Counted from the stretch's first letter, positions 1 through 8,737 are shown. The stretch: DNA of 64,000 nt from Actinomycetota bacterium (GCA_019348135.1 JAHWJY010000001.1:17973-81972); one strand, 5' to 3'. Numbers and translations are program-made. Notes: generated by a model from the letters alone, not told the origin.

Positions 1-732
1 GTGCTGCGTGCCGTGGCGGCCCCGCACGTACCGGCCAACGAGGGCGCCGTCCGGCCCCTCACCGTCGTCGCGCCCGCCGGGACCGTGGTGAACCCGCGTC
101 CGCCGGCGAGCGTCGCCGCCGGCAACGTCGAGACCTCGCAGCGGATCGTGGACGTGCTGCTCGGCGCGCTCGCGGAGGCGGTCCCCGACCGCATCCCGGC
201 GGCCAGCCAGGGCACGATGAACAACACCCTGGTAGGCGGCACGGACCCGCGCACCGGCGAGGCGTTCACGTACTACGAGACGCTCGCCGGCGGGCAGGGC
301 GCACGGCCGACGAAGCCCGGGATGTCGGGCGTGCACACGCACATGACGAACACCAAGAACACCCCGGTCGAGGCGTTCGAGCTCGCCTACCCCATGCGCG
401 TCGTCGAGTACCGGCTGCGCGACGGCTCCGGCGGCGACGGGAGGCACGCCGGTGGCGACGGCCTGCGCCGCACGCTCGAGATGCTCACCGACGACGCGAC
501 CGTGTCGGTGCTGACCGAGCGTCGCCGGCGCGGCCCGTGGGGGGTCGCCGGCGGTGGTGACGGCGCCCCGGGACGCAACCTCCTGGGAACGCACGCCGAC
601 GACGGTCCGGTCGAGGAGGAGCTGCCCTCGAAGGCGACGCGTCGCGTCGCGCGCGGCGACCGCGTGGTCATCGAGACGCCCGGCGGCGGCGCCCACGGCC
701 CCGCGACCGCCTCTGTGGCGGATCCGTCCTAG
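1..732 (+). CDS. hydantoinase B / 5-oxoprolinase family protein, C-terminal part (5' end outside window)
   Basis: ORF is open at the window edge. Motifs [19 protein letters not shown] and [18 protein letters not shown] are typical of HyuB/oxoprolinase B subunits. Confidence 0.85.
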   Translation: MLRAVAAPHVPANEGAVRPLTVVAPAGTVVNPRPPASVAAGNVETSQRIVDVLLGALAEAVPDRIPAASQGTMNNTLVGGTDPRTGEAFTYYETLAGGQGARPTKPGMSGVHTHMTNTKNTPVEAFELAYPMRVVEYRLRDGSGGDGRHAGGDGLRRTLEMLTDDATVSVLTERRRRGPWGVAGGGDGAPGRNLLGTHADDGPVEEELPSKATRRVARGDRVVIETPGGGAHGPATASVADPS

Positions 733-765
733 GCAGGCTGGGACGGAACGACCACACGGACGCGG

Positions 766-2349
766 TCAGTGGCCGACGACGGTGCCCTCGGCGCGGGGGT
801 CGGTGGCGCCGGCGTAGCCGCGGTCGGTCAAGCCGATCGCGTGCGCGTGGCCCATCCCGTGCTCGTACGGCCCGACCACCTCCACCTGGTGACCGCGCTG
901 GCGCAGGCCGTCGATGACGGCGTCGCCGGCGCGGTCCTCGATCCTGACCGCGCCGTCCGCCGCATCGACGACCCAGCGGGGGGCCGTGACCGCCCCCTGG
1001 ACGTCCATCCCCTGATCGGCGATACGCGCCAGGACCTGGAGGTGGATCTGCGGCTGCCCGTCGCCGCCCATCGTCCCCAACACCAGCACCGGCGCGCCGT
1101 CCCGGAGCACGAGCGACGGGATGAGGGTGTGCATCGTCCGCTTCCCCGGGGCGACCACGTTGGCGTGCGCGGGGTCGAGCGAGAAGCTCGCACCCCGGTT
1201 CTGCAGGTTCCACCCGACGTCGGGGACGACCTCACCGGAGCCGAAGCCCATGTAGTTGGACTGGATGAGGCTCACGAGCAGCCCGTCGCGGTCGGCGGCG
1301 CAGACGTGGGCCGTGCCGCCGGGGTGCGGGGTGACGGCGGGCCAGGGAGCGGCCCGCTCGGGGTCGATGGCGTCGGCGATCGCCCGGGCGCGCGACGGGG
1401 CGAACAGCGCGGTGGGGTCGACCGTCATCGCTGCCGGGTCGGTCACGTACCGGTCGCGGTCGGCCATGGCGGCACGTGCCGCCTCGACGTGGAGGTGGGT
1501 CACGCGGCCGACCTCCCCGAACGACAACGGCCCGAGCGCGTCGGCGACGGCGAGCGCCTCCAGGGCCGTGACGCCCTGCGTCGGAGGTGCGAGCTCGAGC
1601 ACCTCGAGGTCGCGGAAGGCGCCGCGCAGCGGCTCGTCGGTGCGGACCTCGTGCCCGCGGAGGTCGTCGAGGGTCATCGTGGACCCGCCCGCCTGGAGGA
1701 CCTCGACGATGCGCTCGCCGATGGGGCCGCCGTAGACCGCGCCGGGACCGTCCGCGGCGACCAGCTCGAGCGCGCGGGCGTGGTCCTCCTGCACGAGCCA
1801 CGTACCGGCCTCGACGTCGCCGAAGCGCTCGCTCCACCCGCTCGCGGTCCGGTACCGGTCGCGCCCGGCGAGGAAGTACCGAGCGGCGTGGGCCGAGACC
1901 TCGAAGCCGTCCCGTGCCAGGTCGATCGCCGGCGCGGCGAGGTCACCGAACGACCGGGTCCCCCACCGTTCGAGGAGGTGGGCCCAACCGGCGACGGCAC
2001 CGGGCACGGTGACCGGCAGCGGGCCGAACCTCGGCATCCCGCCCCCGCTGACGACGGCGTCGCCCACGGCCGATGCGACCGCATCGGGGGTGGCGCCCGC
2101 CGGCGCCGCGCCGTCGCTCGACACCCCGTGGGCCCGTCCGTCCCACACGATCGCGAACAGGTCGCCGCCCGGCCCGCAGTGGTACGGCGTGACGACGCCG
2201 AGCACGAGGTTGGCGGCCACGGCGGCGTCCACGGCGTTGCCGCCACGCGAGAGGACGGTCGCGCCGGCGGCCGAGGCGAGGTGGTGCGGGGTCGTGACGC
2301 AGCCGTTGGGGAACCGACGGGCCTGGGTGAGGACATCGGGTAGGGACAT
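766..2349 (-). CDS. ggt: gamma-glutamyltransferase
   Basis: This is the last 527 aa of the 766..4482 ORF, with ATG at 2349 (MSLPDVL). Motifs: PYHCGPGGD, processing-site-like GGTAHVCAADRDG, TMHTLIPS, GTMGGDGQPQ. Confidence 0.9.
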   Translation of the reverse strand: MSLPDVLTQARRFPNGCVTTPHHLASAAGATVLSRGGNAVDAAVAANLVLGVVTPYHCGPGGDLFAIVWDGRAHGVSSDGAAPAGATPDAVASAVGDAVVSGGGMPRFGPLPVTVPGAVAGWAHLLERWGTRSFGDLAAPAIDLARDGFEVSAHAARYFLAGRDRYRTASGWSERFGDVEAGTWLVQEDHARALELVAADGPGAVYGGPIGERIVEVLQAGGSTMTLDDLRGHEVRTDEPLRGAFRDLEVLELAPPTQGVTALEALAVADALGPLSFGEVGRVTHLHVEAARAAMADRDRYVTDPAAMTVDPTALFAPSRARAIADAIDPERAAPWPAVTPHPGGTAHVCAADRDGLLVSLIQSNYMGFGSGEVVPDVGWNLQNRGASFSLDPAHANVVAPGKRTMHTLIPSLVLRDGAPVLVLGTMGGDGQPQIHLQVLARIADQGMDVQGAVTAPRWVVDAADGAVRIEDRAGDAVIDGLRQRGHQVEVVGPYEHGMGHAHAIGLTDRGYAGATDPRAEGTVVGH

Positions 2350-2424
2350 CGGTGGCGTCCTGTCGTGTGGCTGCCGGCGGGCCACCACCCTAGGTTCGCG
2401 CTCCCGACCGCAGGGGGTGCCCGG

Positions 2425-3618
2425 GTGACCGACCGGTACGACGTGATCGTGGTGGGCGCCGGGATCCTCGGACTGGCCACCGCGTGGACCCTCCTGGGCG
2501 ACCGGCCCGGGTCGCGGGTGGCGGTCGTCGACAAGGAGCACCGCGTCGCGGCGCACCAGTCGTCGCACAACTCGGGCGTGATCCACGCCGGCGTGTACTA
2601 CGCCCCGGGGTCCGCGAAGGCCCGCCTGTGTCGGGCCGGGAAGTCGCAGCTGGAGGAGTTCTGCGCCTCCCGCGGCATCCCCGTGCTCCACAACGGCAAG
2701 GTCATCGTCGCCGTCGACGAGGCCGAGCTCCCCGGCCTCGCCGAGCTGGCGCGGCGCGCGGCCCGGAACGAGGTGGAAGGGCTGCGCGAGCTCGACGCCG
2801 CCGACGTGCGGAGGCTCGAGCCGAACGTCCGGGCGCTCCGGGGGCTGCACTCCCCACGGACGGGCGTCGTCGACTTCCGGCTCGTCTGCCGCGTCCTCGC
2901 GTCCGAGATCCGCGAGCGGGGCGGCGAGCTCCACCTCGGACGGGCGGTCGAAGCGATCGAGGAACGGCCGGGTGAGGTGGTGGTCGGCACCGCTCGCGGG
3001 GAGCTCATGGCGGGCCGCGTGGTCACGTGCGCCGGGCTGCAGTCGGACCGTGTCGCCGCGATGACCGGCGACGCCGGCGACGAGCGGATCGTGCCGTTCC
3101 GGGGCAGCTGGTACGTGCTGCGCCGGCCGGAGCTCGTCAACGGCAACGTCTACCCCGTCCCGGATCCGCGCCTGCCCTTCCTCGGCGTGCACCTCACCCC
3201 GCGCATCGACGGGTCGGTGTGGGTCGGTCCGAACGCGGTGCTCTCGCCGGCGCGGGAGGGCTACCGGCGCGGCACCGTCGACGTCCGCGACCTCGCCGAC
3301 ACGCTGCGGTTCGGTGGCTTCTGGCGCCTCGCGGGCCGGTACGCCGCCAGCGGTGCCCGCGAGCTGGTCGAGGACCGTTCCCGTCACCTCTACGCCCGCG
3401 CCGTGCAGCGCTACGTCCCCGACGTCTCCGCCGCCGACCTCGCCGCCGGCCCCACCGGCATCCGGGCACAGTCGGTCGCGGCCGACGGGTCGATGGTCGA
3501 GGACTTCTCCATCGGCGGGTCGGGGCGCGTGCTGCACGTCCGCAACGCCCCGTCCCCGGCCGCCACGAGCAGCCTCGCGATCGCCCGCGACCTCGTGGAC
3601 CGTCTCCCGGACCGATGA
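2425..3618 (+). CDS. lhgO: L-2-hydroxyglutarate oxidase (FAD-dependent)
   Basis: GTG at 2425 gives VTDRYDVIVVGAGILG (Rossmann FAD motif). HQSSHNSGVIHAGVYY and NAPSPAATSSLAIA are LhgO/YgaF-like. The start could also be 2365. Confidence 0.8.
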   Translation: MTDRYDVIVVGAGILGLATAWTLLGDRPGSRVAVVDKEHRVAAHQSSHNSGVIHAGVYYAPGSAKARLCRAGKSQLEEFCASRGIPVLHNGKVIVAVDEAELPGLAELARRAARNEVEGLRELDAADVRRLEPNVRALRGLHSPRTGVVDFRLVCRVLASEIRERGGELHLGRAVEAIEERPGEVVVGTARGELMAGRVVTCAGLQSDRVAAMTGDAGDERIVPFRGSWYVLRRPELVNGNVYPVPDPRLPFLGVHLTPRIDGSVWVGPNAVLSPAREGYRRGTVDVRDLADTLRFGGFWRLAGRYAASGARELVEDRSRHLYARAVQRYVPDVSAADLAAGPTGIRAQSVAADGSMVEDFSIGGSGRVLHVRNAPSPAATSSLAIARDLVDRLPDR

Positions 3619-3687
3619 CCGTGGCGGCCACGACGTGCCGCCGTACGGTCGGACCGAACGGGGAGCCACCGATACGAGGAGCCAGCG

Positions 3688-4170
3688 ATGGGCGAGGTCG
3701 TCTACCGGTCCGAGACCTCGATCGTGCGCGACCGCGGGCCGCTGCGGAGCGCCACCGTCCCCGGCGCTGCGGAGCCCGTGCTGTTCGGGGTCCACGGGGC
3801 CATCGCCGAGCACTACGGGGTGTCGCCGGACGTCTACGAGCCGCGCGCATCGACGATCGACTACGTCGTCGCCGCGGCCGGCGGCTGACTGACCGGCACC
3901 TTCGGGGGCGCGCTCGAGGCGCGCGGTATCCCCGCCGGGGACGGTCGTCTCCGGGGACACACCAGCGGCGAGATCGAGACCGAGGGCAGGACCCTGATCA
4001 TCAAGCGCATCGCCGTGCGCTACGAGCTGACCGTGGACGCCGACGTCGACCGTGCGGTCATCGAGCGGGTCCACGGCTTCCACGCCGAGAAATGCCCGGT
4101 CGCCCGCAGCATCGCCGGGGCCATCGACGTCTCCACGTCCTACGACCTCGTCGACGCCACGGAGACGTAG
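3688..4170 (+). CDS. OsmC/Ohr-family peroxiredoxin-like protein interrupted by an in-frame TGA (3886-3888) at the catalytic Cys position; candidate selenoprotein, or a pseudogene
   Basis: GAGGAG RBS then ATG at 3688. The ORF track stops at 3888, but the same frame continues: ...DYVVAAAGG[TGA]LTGTFGGALEARG...HAEKCPVARS... to TAG at 4168-4170. The combined 160 aa has the OsmC layout: first active-site Cys replaced by TGA, second Cys in EKCPV. Confidence 0.6.
3903..3934 (+). promoter_or_regulatory. SECIS-like hairpin 15 nt downstream of the in-frame TGA
   Basis: CGGGG-GCGCGC-UCGAG-GCGCGC-(GGUAU)-CCCCG: a 5 bp lower stem, a 6 bp upper stem, a 5-nt G-containing apical loop at 3914-3918 (26-30 nt after the UGA) and a 3' bulge. 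Confidence 0.35.
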
Positions 4171-4245
4171 CGACGCCCGTTCTGCCCGTTCTTCCGGCCA
4201 GGGAGGGGTCCGGCGCCGCCGCGTCGACCCGTCCACAGTGGGGTC

Positions 4246-4608
4246 ATGCCCGCCGCCCCCGCCCCCGTCCTGGCCGCCCTCGCCCTCGCCGGCGCGCTCG
4301 TCGGCGTCGGCGTGTCGACGTCCGGTGCGCCCTCCGAGCCGACCGTGACTCCCGTGTCGGCCGAGCTCCGGGAGCGTCCCCACGCCACGCAGGACGGCGC
4401 CACGCAGGACGGCGCCACGCAGGCCGGTGCCGCGGAGGACGTCGCGAGCATCCCGATCGCGTGCGGTGGCTACGACGAGCACGGCGAGGTCGTCACCGAG
4501 GAGGCCACCCGGATCGACCGCGCCCCGGTCGACGCCGCCGGCGTCCCACGGATCCCGGCCGTCTGCGGCGGCTACACGGCCGACGGCACGTTCATCGGCG
4601 ACGACTGA
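4246..4608 (+). CDS. small secreted hypothetical protein
   Basis: Signal-peptide-like N-terminus (APVLAALALAGALVGVGVS), an ATQDG-ATQDG-ATQAG repeat, and a duplicated IPxxCGGY(D/T)xxG motif. Confidence 0.55.
   Translation: MPAAPAPVLAALALAGALVGVGVSTSGAPSEPTVTPVSAELRERPHATQDGATQDGATQAGAAEDVASIPIACGGYDEHGEVVTEEATRIDRAPVDAAGVPRIPAVCGGYTADGTFIGDD
4384..4428 (+). repeat. 15-bp tandem repeat x3 (gccacgcaggacggc; third copy has 2 mismatches) inside the secreted-protein gene
   Basis: Read directly from the sequence. It is in frame and encodes ATQDG/ATQDG/ATQAG. Confidence 0.9.
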
Positions 4609-4624
4609 TCCTCACCGGCCACTA

Positions 4625-4641
4625 GCGTCGGGACCCGACGC
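4625..4641 (+). terminator. GC-rich hairpin after the secreted-protein gene (7 bp stem, 3 nt loop), nested in a longer CTCACCG...CGGTGAG inverted repeat
   Basis: GCGTCGG-gac-CCGACGC lies 17 nt after the stop at 4608. There is no U-tract, which is common in high-GC actinobacteria. Confidence 0.4.
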
Positions 4642-4661
4642 GCGGTGAGGAGGACGAGACG

Positions 4662-7600
4662 GTGACCGACACCGGCACGCCCGCCGCCGGGGTGGACCTC
4701 GACGCCGCCGCGCTGGCGCTCGCCCTGCGGACGCGGACCACCGCCGACGTCCGCTTCGACGCCGGCTCCCGCCACCTCTACGCGACCGACGCCTCGAACT
4801 ACCGGCACGTCCCGATCGGCGTCGTCGCCCCGCGGACCACGGCCGACCTGATCGAGGTCGTGCGGGTCTGCACCGAGCACGGCGCCCCGATCACGACGCG
4901 GGGCGCCGGCACGAGCCTCGCCGGCCAGACCGCCAACGTCGCGGTGATCGTCGACTGCTCGCGCCACCTCGACCGCATCCTCGAGCTCGATCCCGTCGCG
5001 CGGACGGCCCGGGTCGAGCCGGGCGTCGTCCTCGACGACCTCCGGAACGCGGCCGGGCGTCACGGGCTCACCTTCGGTCCGGACCCGTCGACGCACGACC
5101 GCTGCACCCTGGGCGGGATGATCGGGAACAACGCCTGCGGGGTGCACTCGATCAGCGCCGGCCGGACCGTCGACAACGTGCTGGAGATGGATGTCCTCCT
5201 CGGCGACGGCACGCGCATGACCGTGGGGCGACGGTCGCTCGCCGACGTCGCCGCGCTCGCCCGGGAGCCGGGACGGGTCGGCGAGATCCACCGCGGGCTC
5301 CTCGACCTCCGCGCCCGCTACGGCGACCTCGTGCGGGCGCGGTTCCCCGACATCCCGCGACGGGTCTCGGGCTACAACCTCGACGAGCTGCTCCACGACG
5401 ACGCGATCGACACGGCCCGGGCGCTCGTGGGGACAGAGGGCACCTGCGCGGTGGTGCTCGAGGCCACGCTGCGGCTCGTGCCGAGCCCACCCGTGCGCAC
5501 GATGGTCGTGCTCGGCTACGACGACCTGTTCCGCGCCGGCGACGACGTCCCCCGGCTGCTGGCCGCGGGTCCCCTCGGGCTCGAGGGGATCGACGACCAG
5601 GTGGTCGCCGGTGCCCAGGCCCGCGGCGCGTCCCGTGGTGCGGACCTCCTCCCCCCGGGGCGGGGATGGCTGATGGCGGAGTTCGGCGGCGACGACCGCG
5701 CGGCGGCCACGGCCTCCGCCGAGCGCTTCGTCGCGTCGCTCGACGCCGACGGGCCCACCCCCGTCATCCTGCACGAACCCGGCGACCAGCGGGCCGTCTG
5801 GGAGCTGCGGTCCTCGGGGCTCGGCGCGGTCACGTACGTGCCGGGCCGGCGACCGAAGTGGCCGGGCTGGGAGGACGCCGCCGTCCCGCCGGCCCGGACC
5901 GGCGACTACCTCCGCGACCTGCACGCCCTGCTCGACGAGTTCGGCCTCGAGGCGGCGGTCTACGGCCACTTCGGGGACGGCTGCGTGCACACCAAGATCA
6001 GCTTCGACCACACCACCCCCGAGGGCATCGCCACGTTCCGCCGCTTCGTGGAGCGGGCGGCCGACCTCGTGCTCGCCCTCGGCGGGTCCGTGTCCGGTGA
6101 GCACGGCGACGGCCAGGCCCGAGCCGAGCTGTACGAGCGCATGTTCGGGCCCGAGCTCGTGGAGGCCTTCCGCGGGTTCAAGGCGCTGTGGGATCCGGCC
6201 GGACTGCTGAACCCGGGCCGGATCGTCGATCCGCTGCCCCTCGACGCGTCCCTGCGGATGGCGGACCGGCGACGGATGTGGTCGCCGGCCACGTTCTTCA
6301 CGTTCCCGGACGACGCCGGCGACCTCGGCAACGCGGCCGCCCGTTGCGTCGGCGTCGGCGCGTGCCGGCGCGACCACGGCACCGGGACGATGTGCCCGAG
6401 CTGGATGGCCACCCACGAGGAACAGCACTCCACGCGCGGTCGGGCACGGCTGCTGTTCGAGATGCTGCAGCCGGACACCGAGCTCGACGGCTGGCGCGAC
6501 GAGGCGGTCGCGGACGCGCTCGACCTGTGCCTGTCGTGCAAGGGCTGCGTCGACGAGTGCCCCGTGGACGTCGACATGGCGACCTACAAGGCCGAGTTCA
6601 ACGCCCACCACTGGCACCGGCGCGTCCGACCTGCGGCCCACTACAGCCTCGGGCTCATCCGGTGGTGGTCCGCCGCCGCGACCCGGTCGCCGCGCGTGAC
6701 GAACGCGCTCCTGCGATCGCCGCTGGCCATCCCGCTGAAGCGGCTCGCCGGCGTCACCACGGAGCGGCCGGTGCCGGCGTTCGCGGAGGAGTCGCTCACC
6801 ACCTGGTTCCGCCGGCGCGGCGGGACGCACGGGACGGGCGACGAGGTGCTGCTCCTGCCCGACACGTTCACGGACCGCCTCGATCCCACGGCGGGACGTG
6901 CCGCGGTCGAGCTGCTCGAGCACCTCGGCCACCGCGTCGTGCTGCCGGAGCGGCCCGTGTGCTGCGGACGGCCGCTCTACGACGTCGGGATGCTGGCCAC
7001 GGCGAGGCGTCAGCTCACGACGCTGGTGGGCACGCTCCTACCCCACGTCCGCCGCGGGGTCCCGATCGTCGGGCTGGAGCCGTCCTGCGTGGCCGCCCTC
7101 CGGGACGAGCTCCCGAACCTCCTCGGCGTCCGCGGACCTGCCGGCGAGGTCGCCGGGGCGTCGCTGACGCTCGCCGAGTTCCTGGTCGACGTCGCCGACT
7201 GGTCCCCCCCGAGGATCGACCGCGACGCGGTGGTCCACGGCCACTGCCACCACAAGGCCGTGATGGGGATGACCGCCGACGCACGGCTGCTCGACGCGAC
7301 CGGGCTGCGCTGGCGGGAGCTCGACGCCGGCTGCTGCGGCCTCGCCGGGTCCTTCGGCTTCGAGGCCGGCGAGAAGGCGGCGTTGTCGGTCGCGATCGGC
7401 GAGGACCGTCTCCTCCCCGCCGTCCGCGCCGCCGACCCCGGCACGCTGCTCCTGGTCGACGGCTTCTCGTGCCGGACCCAGATCGCGCACCTCCACGGCG
7501 ACCGCTCGCCGATCCACCTCGCGGAGCTGCTGCTCGCGGCGGTGCGCGGCGAGGAGCCGGGCGACCGGTCGCCGGCGGGCGGGTCGGACGATGGGTTGGC

Positions 7601-7685
7601 CGTTCGGTCCCGGCGCCGGCGCCGACGGGCTCTACCGTCCCGGTCCGGGAACGCGACCGACGATCCCGCGGGGAGCACACGATGA
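4662..7685 (+). CDS. FAD-binding oxidase fused to an Fe-S / CCG-domain oxidoreductase (GlcD-GlcF-like; D-lactate / D-2-hydroxyacid dehydrogenase family)
   Basis: 1007 aa with a GAGGAGGA RBS and GTG at 4662. It has an N-terminal FAD_binding_4-like region (TRGAGTSLAGQ), 4Fe-4S motifs (CLSCKGCVDECP) and two CCG motifs (CCGRPLY, CCGLAGSFG). Confidence 0.85.
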   Translation: MTDTGTPAAGVDLDAAALALALRTRTTADVRFDAGSRHLYATDASNYRHVPIGVVAPRTTADLIEVVRVCTEHGAPITTRGAGTSLAGQTANVAVIVDCSRHLDRILELDPVARTARVEPGVVLDDLRNAAGRHGLTFGPDPSTHDRCTLGGMIGNNACGVHSISAGRTVDNVLEMDVLLGDGTRMTVGRRSLADVAALAREPGRVGEIHRGLLDLRARYGDLVRARFPDIPRRVSGYNLDELLHDDAIDTARALVGTEGTCAVVLEATLRLVPSPPVRTMVVLGYDDLFRAGDDVPRLLAAGPLGLEGIDDQVVAGAQARGASRGADLLPPGRGWLMAEFGGDDRAAATASAERFVASLDADGPTPVILHEPGDQRAVWELRSSGLGAVTYVPGRRPKWPGWEDAAVPPARTGDYLRDLHALLDEFGLEAAVYGHFGDGCVHTKISFDHTTPEGIATFRRFVERAADLVLALGGSVSGEHGDGQARAELYERMFGPELVEAFRGFKALWDPAGLLNPGRIVDPLPLDASLRMADRRRMWSPATFFTFPDDAGDLGNAAARCVGVGACRRDHGTGTMCPSWMATHEEQHSTRGRARLLFEMLQPDTELDGWRDEAVADALDLCLSCKGCVDECPVDVDMATYKAEFNAHHWHRRVRPAAHYSLGLIRWWSAAATRSPRVTNALLRSPLAIPLKRLAGVTTERPVPAFAEESLTTWFRRRGGTHGTGDEVLLLPDTFTDRLDPTAGRAAVELLEHLGHRVVLPERPVCCGRPLYDVGMLATARRQLTTLVGTLLPHVRRGVPIVGLEPSCVAALRDELPNLLGVRGPAGEVAGASLTLAEFLVDVADWSPPRIDRDAVVHGHCHHKAVMGMTADARLLDATGLRWRELDAGCCGLAGSFGFEAGEKAALSVAIGEDRLLPAVRAADPGTLLLVDGFSCRTQIAHLHGDRSPIHLAELLLAAVRGEEPGDRSPAGGSDDGLAVRSRRRRRRALPSRSGNATDDPAGSTR

Positions 7686-7876
7686 GCCACCACGGCGAGG
7701 ACGAGCACGAGGACCAGACCGGGCCGGCGGAGGACACCGACCCTGCGACGAAGGCCGACCTGGGCCTGGGCGGCACACCCGACGAGGCCTACTCGCCCGA
7801 GGGCATGGACGACGGCGCCGATGCGGACGAGGACGGCGGGACCTACCAGCCCGAGGACGAGGACGACGAGGGCTGA
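7682..7876 (+). CDS. very acidic 64-aa hypothetical protein, start overlapping the stop of the upstream oxidase (ATGA)
   Basis: ATG at 7682 overlaps TGA at 7683-7685. Peptide MSHHGEDEHEDQ...YQPEDEDDEG. GC3-rich codons are consistent with coding. Confidence 0.4.
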   Translation: MSHHGEDEHEDQTGPAEDTDPATKADLGLGGTPDEAYSPEGMDDGADADEDGGTYQPEDEDDEG

Positions 7877-7932
7877 GCTCCTCGCCGCCCCTACCCTCGG
7901 ACGCGGACACCGGACGCGACGAGGAGGAGCGG

Positions 7933-8535
7933 GTGGCACGGGCGCACGAACGGGTGCTCGGCGTGGACGTCGACAACGTCCTCGCCGACTACACCGGCGG
8001 ACTGCGCCGGATCGTGGCCGAGGACCGCGGCGTCGACCCGGACAGCCTCGTCACGCCGACGTCGTGGTCCGCGTACGAGGAGTGGGGCTTCACCCCGGCC
8101 GAGTTCGACGAGCTCCACCGGCGCGCCGTGGTCGAGCACCGGATGTTCCGCACGCTCGAGGTGCTGCCCGGCGCCGCCGAGGTGCTGCGCGAGCTGTCGG
8201 ACCAGGGGGTGCGCATCCGCATCGTGACCCACCGGCTCTACGTCTCCGGGACGCACGCGATCGCCGCGTCGGACACCGTCGACTGGCTCGACGAGCACGA
8301 GATCCCGTACTGGGACCTGTGCATGGTCGCCCGCAAGGCGGACGTCGGCAGCGACCTGCTCATCGACGACGCCCCGCACAACGTCGAGGCGCTGCGCGAG
8401 ATCGGTCGCCAGGTGGTCGTGTTCGACCAGCCGTACAACCGCCACCTCCCGGGCCCGCGGGCCCGCGACTGGGCCCACGTCCGCGAGCTCGCCGGCCCTC
8501 TCCTCCTCGACGTCCAGCGCCTGTTCTCGCTCTGA
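7933..8535 (+). CDS. HAD-superfamily 5'(3')-deoxyribonucleotidase-like protein
   Basis: GAGGAGGAG RBS then GTG at 7933. The LGVDVDNVLAD (DxDxV) motif and ...LLIDDAPHN are NT5C-like. Confidence 0.65.
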   Translation: MARAHERVLGVDVDNVLADYTGGLRRIVAEDRGVDPDSLVTPTSWSAYEEWGFTPAEFDELHRRAVVEHRMFRTLEVLPGAAEVLRELSDQGVRIRIVTHRLYVSGTHAIAASDTVDWLDEHEIPYWDLCMVARKADVGSDLLIDDAPHNVEALREIGRQVVVFDQPYNRHLPGPRARDWAHVRELAGPLLLDVQRLFSL

Positions 8536-8624
8536 GTTCGAGAGCCTCCGGTTACGCTGCCCGAACGGTCACGCGCAGACGCCGACGTACCGTGGACGCA
8601 ACATCGGCCACAGCGCGTGAGCGA

Positions 8625-8710
8625 GCCGGCGTGTCGGAACGGCATACGAAGGCTCCTTAAAAGAGCTGGGGCGCAAGCCCATGCGGGTTCGAATCCCGCC
8701 GCCGGCACCA
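8625..8710 (+). tRNA. tRNA-Leu (anticodon UAA), CCA encoded
   Basis: Manual cloverleaf. Acceptor GCCGGCG/CGCCGGC. Anticodon arm GGCTC-CTTAAAA-GAGCT. Long variable arm GGGGCGCAAGCCCAT. T arm GCGGG-TTCGAAT-CCCGC. Ends in A + CCA. Confidence 0.9.
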
Positions 8711-8737
8711 GCCCTCGGCTCCTCCCGGTGGCGCGGA

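Noticed and set aside
2350-4482. Upstream two thirds of the 1238-aa minus-strand ORF 766..4482
   Set aside because: Only the last 527 aa (from ATG 2349) look like a real protein (GGT). The rest is Arg/Gly/Pro-rich read-through antisense to the well-supported lhgO and OsmC-like genes, the typical high-GC shadow frame.
8711-8737. Genomic island / integration at the three tRNA genes (also 34943-35017 and 62038-62114)
   Set aside because: No integrase, no direct repeat of a tRNA 3' end, and no compositional break that I could see. The flanking genes are ordinary chromosomal genes.
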